Assembly: GCA_963768805.1 (NCBI GenBank)
Contig: CAVYJI010000010.1
Span: 163,947 to 227,946 of the forward strand
Source: an uncultured Bacteroidales bacterium
GTDB taxonomy: Bacteria > Bacteroidota > Bacteroidia > Bacteroidales > FEN-979
Direction: 5' to 3'
DNA length: 64,000 nucleotides
The first letter of the stretch is position 1; the number at the start of each line of letters is the position of its first letter. Below are positions 59,018-64,000 of this stretch, piece by piece. The notes beneath the pieces were generated by a model. That model worked only from the letters and a program-made list of their open reading frames with translations. It was not told where the DNA came from and ran no database searches. The translations under genes and the position numbers were made by a program.

Positions 59018-62000
59018 TTAAAATACTGAAATACCGCTTTCAAATGGCATGTGCATAATGAAAAACACATTGGAGGTTATTTTCTTTTGACCTATCATTT
59101 CAAATACCAGTCCATATTCCTCCGCTATTTCAGCGAGACTCTGAGCTGAAGTGAAATAAAGTTTTCCCGTTCCATCCTGAGTTTTATTGAATCGAATAAT
59201 TCTTGTGGAGAAAAATTCGGTGAATTTTGTATACTTATGTCTTCTTTGTTTATCTGAATTACCTTCCCTGATGAGGATCACGCCCCCCGGTTTAAGATTT
59301 CTAATGCAATCCTGCAGAAGTGATTTCTGTTTGTCATATGGAAGATAATGCAGAACATCACCAAGAAGAAATCCATCCTTCGGAGTTATTAGGTATTCAG
59401 TAATATCAGCATTTATAAAAGTGATCGCGCTGTCTTCCAGGTATCCATGTCTGGCGAAAGAGATCTTTTTTTCATCATAGTCGACACCAGTAATTATACG
59501 TTCATTGGATGTGAGCTTCAGCATATATGAAATGTAACCATACCCACAGCCAAGATCAAGGATCTCTCCTGTACCTGGCAACAGGTTACAATAAGTACTA
59601 AAATTGTTCTCAAGTGCCATTTTAACACGAAGGTACCATTCCAGGACAGGTCCTTTATAAACATAATTTAGTCTTAGGTTCAATGCATTATAAGCAGGTG
59701 TATTGTGCCTGGTCCTGAAAGAAAGATACTCTTCGATCAAATATTGACGGACTTGCTTTGTTCTGTCAGGGTAATTGTTTCCAAACGTTTGATCCTCAGG
59801 CGAAATCCTTGGCAGGATCCTGGTGAAAAGCTGGTTTGGCTTTCTCCAGAAAGTCTCTTCAGAATAAGAATCGCCACTTCCATATATAAGTACAGGAAGA
59901 ATATCAATCCCTAGTTTTTCTGCGATATAGAAGGCGCCAGGATAAAAGTCCTGAATATTACCATTTTTTGAACGGTGCCCTTCAGGGAAGATCAAAAAAG
60001 AGTAGCCGTCACATACCATCTGCTTCAGATAAGAAAGTGAATCGTCAATATTTTCTGGCTGACAGGCAAATCCTGCAAGCCTCATAGGTCGATAAACCCA
60101 GCCAGGGAATACCAAATCACCGGTCAATACAACAATCCTGGAGTGCAGCCCCAGAAGTGCAGGAATATCAATAAGTGATTGATGATTACAAATGATGATC
60201 GCCGGTTTTTGAAATGTTTCAGCCTCTTTATTTTCGACGGCATGATGCGATGGGAAATTCAATTGGATATAAAAGCAGCTAAGTGAACTGACGAGATGAT
60301 GAAAAACTTCTTGCTTACGTTTTTTCCGAACGGGCATCAAAGGGTTTATCAATCTCCTATAAACGACTAAAACGAAAGTGATAATTAAAAGAGGGATCCA
60401 GGTAAAAAGTAGAGAATGTAAAATAATCCTGGCGGTCAATGGGGAACTTCTCCTTTTCTGACGATCCAGCAAGATCCATCTGGCAATCAAAGATTGATAT
60501 GAGAAGGAAATAACAACGACACTTATAATTCCAACAATTGATAACAATGCAACAGAATTCAAGGCCGGGTGCCTGGCAAAGAAAAGCGCTCCGACACCTA
60601 TAAGCGTTGTAGACGATGAGAGAAGAATTGAAACCTGGTAAGTGCTCATATCATTCACCCCCGTCCTGTATTGGCTCAGAAGTCCCCGCATCATCAAGAT
60701 GCTGTAATCTACTCCCAAACCAAAAATAAAAGAAGAAATAATAATGTTGAAGATATTGAATCTGAGACCAGTGATCCCCATGAATCCGAGCGTGATCAAC
60801 CAACTGAAGAACATGGGCAGGGCAGTAATTATTGTTAGTTCGATCCGGCCTAGTGAGATCAGCAATAACAGGGTAACAACCAGCATTGACAAGGTGATCA
60901 ACAGTTCAAAATCATGTTTAACGGTTAGGACGAACCGTTCAGCGAGGCTCTGCCTGTCGAAAATGACCAGGTCAGGATCCGCTGAAAATGTTCTGTAAAC
61001 TGTTTGTTTTTCGGAATCTGTAACCCTGGCAATCCCCGATATCATGGTCATATAAGGAGTCTGGTTGATCCAATCTGAGAAAAGAAGATTGCGTAAGGCA
61101 TTGACCTGTCCAGCAGGGATAGACGAAAAATCAGTATTCAGCAGGGATCTGATCCCTGAAAATGCTCTTTCATTGTACCCAACCTGTTTTCCTTCTTTGA
61201 CCAACTGATTAAGAAGCAATTGTTTTCGCTCCGTTGTCCAGAATTCATTCCATTTATGCAACCTGTCAGCTTGCATAGAATCAGAAAGCAGGAGCTCATT
61301 AATCCCTGAAAAATCATGAATCTTTCTTTGTTTTTTAAGTGTTTCAAGCTTTTTCCGTGTAATCTCATTCCGTCTCAATGCGCTATTGAGATCCTTTCCC
61401 ACAGATACGATATATACATCCTTCAGCTTATTGCCAGAAAGCTGATCAAGATGTTTTTCAGCATTTCTCAAAAATTCCGGCATATAATTCAGAGTATTCA
61501 GGTCTTTTTCAAATGAAACCCTGCCGGCGAAAAAAAAGCTGACCACTACTGCCAATGCCAGTCCAGCCAGCAACCAGATTTTCTTTCCAAAATCGATTTC
61601 AGCAATCCTGTCGACAATGGTCCCCCTTACAACCTCATTTTCAGCAGGCAAGATCGACTTACCGAAAAACTGTGGCAGGATTATCAGTGCACACAATGAT
61701 GCCCCAAGCACACTGATGGAAGCAAACCAGCCCAGATCATGAAGAACATCCGAATCAAGAAAGGTCAGGCAGAGAAATACACCGATCGTAGTAATACTAC
61801 ACATAATTATGGTATGGGACATGTCAGTAATAACCTGTTCAACCGATTTCTTTTTCCTGTAATGGTTGACCATATACAAGGCATAGTCGATAATCAACCC
61901 AAGGATGACCGATCCAATCCCAAGTGCTATAAATGAGATCTTGCCATTGATCAGGTATAAGACAACCATGGCAAGTCCGCCACCGAAGAAAGCAGGGATA

Positions 62001-62902
62001 AACCCGAGCAGAGGGACCAGGAAATTCCTGAAGTACCATCCAAGCAACAGAATAATGAGAACAACAGCTATGCAAAGGGTCAATATGATATCCAGTTTTA
62101 TCTGGTAGGCATTTCCGACAGCTGTTGCAGCATATCCATAATATTCAATACGGACATGGCTTTTCTGACTTGAATCAAGGCCGATATATTTATTCAATCT
62201 TGAAATCAGAACAGAATTCTTATTGGTTTCAGTTGATGGATTGGCTGGTGTAATAAACATCAGAAGATGTTTTTTATCCCGGGAAAATACGCAGCCACTG
62301 TAAAGAATATAATGATCATCCTGCTGAAGTGATCTGAACCTTTTAGAAGCCATTCCTGAGATACCCAATGGATCTTTAATTATTCTTTGCTGAAGTACCA
62401 TACTGGCTGGTGAGTTCAATATTTTGAAGTTGTTGTTCAGCAGGGATCCAAGATGCCCGGGATTCATTAAACTATCAATTGATCTGTAATCAGTTTCATC
62501 CAGAAATAATGGCAAGTGTTTATCAATTACATTTTGGACATAATCAAACAGAGTGTCATTAAATTGCAGGAATACCTGGCGGATATATGTGGAATCAAGG
62601 CTTGACAAAAGACTGTCACGTAAGTTCTCCGCAGCAGCAATCAGGAGTTCAGGATTAGCTTCTGAAGTGGTATCAGCAAGTGAGAAATGAATGATCAACT
62701 TATCCGCAAATTTGAAATTCCGGATCACATATTCATAAGGACTAAGAGAATTGCTTCCTGGAGTTATACTTGTAATATCTTCTTCCAACCTGATCTTTGA
62801 AGCAAAAAAAAGTATTGCCCCAGCCACTATACCCAAAAAAAGAAAAAACACCCACCTGTTGTGATGAAAAAAACGATATATATTGATAAAGAATGTTGAC
62901 AT
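59018..62902 (-). CDS. Trifunctional MMPL transporter / PlsC acyltransferase / class I SAM methyltransferase
   Basis: Two MMPL halves (GLIIDY, GLGVDY), NHQSLID and FPEG PlsC motifs, and an ILDLGCGYG methyltransferase motif. Confidence 0.9.
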   Translation of the reverse strand: MSTFFINIYRFFHHNRWVFFLFLGIVAGAILFFASKIRLEEDITSITPGSNSLSPYEYVIRNFKFADKLIIHFSLADTTSEANPELLIAAAENLRDSLLSSLDSTYIRQVFLQFNDTLFDYVQNVIDKHLPLFLDETDYRSIDSLMNPGHLGSLLNNNFKILNSPASMVLQQRIIKDPLGISGMASKRFRSLQQDDHYILYSGCVFSRDKKHLLMFITPANPSTETNKNSVLISRLNKYIGLDSSQKSHVRIEYYGYAATAVGNAYQIKLDIILTLCIAVVLIILLLGWYFRNFLVPLLGFIPAFFGGGLAMVVLYLINGKISFIALGIGSVILGLIIDYALYMVNHYRKKKSVEQVITDMSHTIIMCSITTIGVFLCLTFLDSDVLHDLGWFASISVLGASLCALIILPQFFGKSILPAENEVVRGTIVDRIAEIDFGKKIWLLAGLALAVVVSFFFAGRVSFEKDLNTLNYMPEFLRNAEKHLDQLSGNKLKDVYIVSVGKDLNSALRRNEITRKKLETLKKQRKIHDFSGINELLLSDSMQADRLHKWNEFWTTERKQLLLNQLVKEGKQVGYNERAFSGIRSLLNTDFSSIPAGQVNALRNLLFSDWINQTPYMTMISGIARVTDSEKQTVYRTFSADPDLVIFDRQSLAERFVLTVKHDFELLITLSMLVVTLLLLISLGRIELTIITALPMFFSWLITLGFMGITGLRFNIFNIIISSFIFGLGVDYSILMMRGLLSQYRTGVNDMSTYQVSILLSSSTTLIGVGALFFARHPALNSVALLSIVGIISVVVISFSYQSLIARWILLDRQKRRSSPLTARIILHSLLFTWIPLLIITFVLVVYRRLINPLMPVRKKRKQEVFHHLVSSLSCFYIQLNFPSHHAVENKEAETFQKPAIIICNHQSLIDIPALLGLHSRIVVLTGDLVFPGWVYRPMRLAGFACQPENIDDSLSYLKQMVCDGYSFLIFPEGHRSKNGNIQDFYPGAFYIAEKLGIDILPVLIYGSGDSYSEETFWRKPNQLFTRILPRISPEDQTFGNNYPDRTKQVRQYLIEEYLSFRTRHNTPAYNALNLRLNYVYKGPVLEWYLRVKMALENNFSTYCNLLPGTGEILDLGCGYGYISYMLKLTSNERIITGVDYDEKKISFARHGYLEDSAITFINADITEYLITPKDGFLLGDVLHYLPYDKQKSLLQDCIRNLKPGGVILIREGNSDKQRRHKYTKFTEFFSTRIIRFNKTQDGTGKLYFTSAQSLAEIAEEYGLVFEMIGQKKITSNVFFIMHMPFESGISVF

Positions 62903-63113
62903 AATCTACTTCAACGCGGCCGGATTGCAAGTTTATTTTTTATGAAGCGGTAAAATTAAGCCAAAATCCACAATAGAAAAATTACTCACAAATTCATTAG
63001 CAAAATCAGCTTGTCCGCCTGATGCCCCTTCCTCCTGGATTTCAATTTTTCTGCTACCTTTGCAATCCGCAATAATACGAGAGTGCTGATTTTTAATCAA
63101 TAACCCAATCTTC

Positions 63114-64000
63114 ATGCCTCAAAGGGTTTACATAACCGGGATAGGGATCATATCCTCCATTGGAAACGATGCCGAGTCTGCTTTTACATCACTGGATGGA
63201 GAAAGATCAGGCATTGCCGGTATTACCCTTCTCGATACAAGCTTAAAGGATAAGCTGCCTGTTGCCGAGGTAAAATTATCCAATGAAGAGTTACTTGAAA
63301 TGACAGGCTTTAGCGGGAAAAAGAACCTCACCCGTACGGCCTGTCTGGGAATGATTGCAGCGCATGAAGCGATCAGATCGGCAGGTATAGATGATATCAA
63401 TGAATATCGCACCGGGCTTATCTCAGCCACTACGGTGGGTGGCATGGACCGCAGTGAGAATTTCTATAAAGTTTTCCTGGGCAATCCGGACAAAGGGCAC
63501 CTGATCGATATTGTAAACCACGACTGTGGCGATAGTACAGAACGAATCGCAGATTTTCTTGGAATAAACAGTTTCCTAACGACAATAAGTACAGCCTGCT
63601 CATCTTCAGCCAATTCCATAATGTTCGGTGCCCAGCTTATCAAAGCTGGATTTCTTGACCGCGTAATTGCCGGTGGTACTGATTCTGTGACAAAATTTAC
63701 ACTCAACGGATTTAACACACTTATGATCCTTGACAAAGATGGTTGCCGGCCATTTGATGAAAACCGGGCAGGGTTGACCCTTGGAGAAGGTGCATCGTAC
63801 ATTGTTCTGGAATCCGAAAGAGTGGTTAAAACCAAGGGTACAAGGGTGCTGGCAGAATTGAAAGGATATGGTAATGCCAATGATGCCTACCATCAGACAG
63901 CTTCTTCACCGGAAGGTACCGGGGCTTTTCTGGCAATGGAGAAAGCTTTCCAGGTCAGCGATCTTAAAGCTGAAGATATTGATTACGTGAATGTTCATGG
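63114..64000 (+). CDS. Beta-ketoacyl-ACP synthase, partial (runs off the window; absent from the ORF track)
   Basis: Hand translation from ATG 63114: MPQRVYITGIGIISSIG...ISATTVGGMDR...ISTACSSSANS...GEGA...YHQTASSPEG...YVNVH; paralog of 55088. Confidence 0.9.
   Translation, partial: MPQRVYITGIGIISSIGNDAESAFTSLDGERSGIAGITLLDTSLKDKLPVAEVKLSNEELLEMTGFSGKKNLTRTACLGMIAAHEAIRSAGIDDINEYRTGLISATTVGGMDRSENFYKVFLGNPDKGHLIDIVNHDCGDSTERIADFLGINSFLTTISTACSSSANSIMFGAQLIKAGFLDRVIAGGTDSVTKFTLNGFNTLMILDKDGCRPFDENRAGLTLGEGASYIVLESERVVKTKGTRVLAELKGYGNANDAYHQTASSPEGTGAFLAMEKAFQVSDLKAEDIDYVNVH

Larger units (their letters stand above)
42353..64000. other. Aryl-polyene/flexirubin-like type II FAS/PKS biosynthetic gene cluster (continues beyond the window)
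   Basis: Co-located ammonia-lyase, FabG, KS x4, CLF-like x2, ACP x2, dehydratase, thioesterase, acyltransferases, BtrH-like protein, ABC exporter and MMPL fusion. Confidence 0.9.

Noticed and set aside
63128-63893. Minus-strand ORFs 63128-63445, 63464-63880 and 63606-63893
   Set aside because: Antisense shadows of the + strand ketosynthase starting at 63114.

Overview
Chromosomal window from a Bacteroidota bacterium, probably Bacteroidales-like. The evidence is TAnnTTTG promoters, type IX secretion (T9SS) C-terminal domains, type-B L31 and a dnaA gene not followed by dnaN. From 1 to 37 kb the window is mostly housekeeping and proteolysis: M14 carboxypeptidase, dapA, a FabX/nitronate-monooxygenase-family flavoprotein, two tandem M1 aminopeptidases, lon, rpmE2, serC-serA-DUF1015, prmC, dnaA, an ABC exporter and a large M28-peptidase fusion. 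From 37.4 to 42.2 kb there is a patchy accessory region with a gene remnant, short tandem and 11-bp-phased repeats, an IS1595 zinc-ribbon remnant, trxA and a seven-repeat T9SS protein, ending at tRNA-Arg(ACG). From 42.3 kb to the window end runs a >21 kb aryl-polyene/flexirubin-type type II FAS/PKS cluster: ammonia-lyase, FabG, four intact ketosynthases, two chain-length-factor-like proteins, two ACPs, dehydratase, thioesterase, BtrH-like protein, ABC exporter, MMPL-PlsC-methyltransferase, a PEMT-like protein and two LpxL-like acyltransferases. Its most striking feature is an LpxL-like acyltransferase fused in frame to a B12-binding radical SAM domain resembling the ladderane-island lipid-biosynthesis family. 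No darA/darB genes are visible in the window, which suggests an uncharacterised modified aryl-polyene lipid. All family calls come from motif recognition; no database searches were run.
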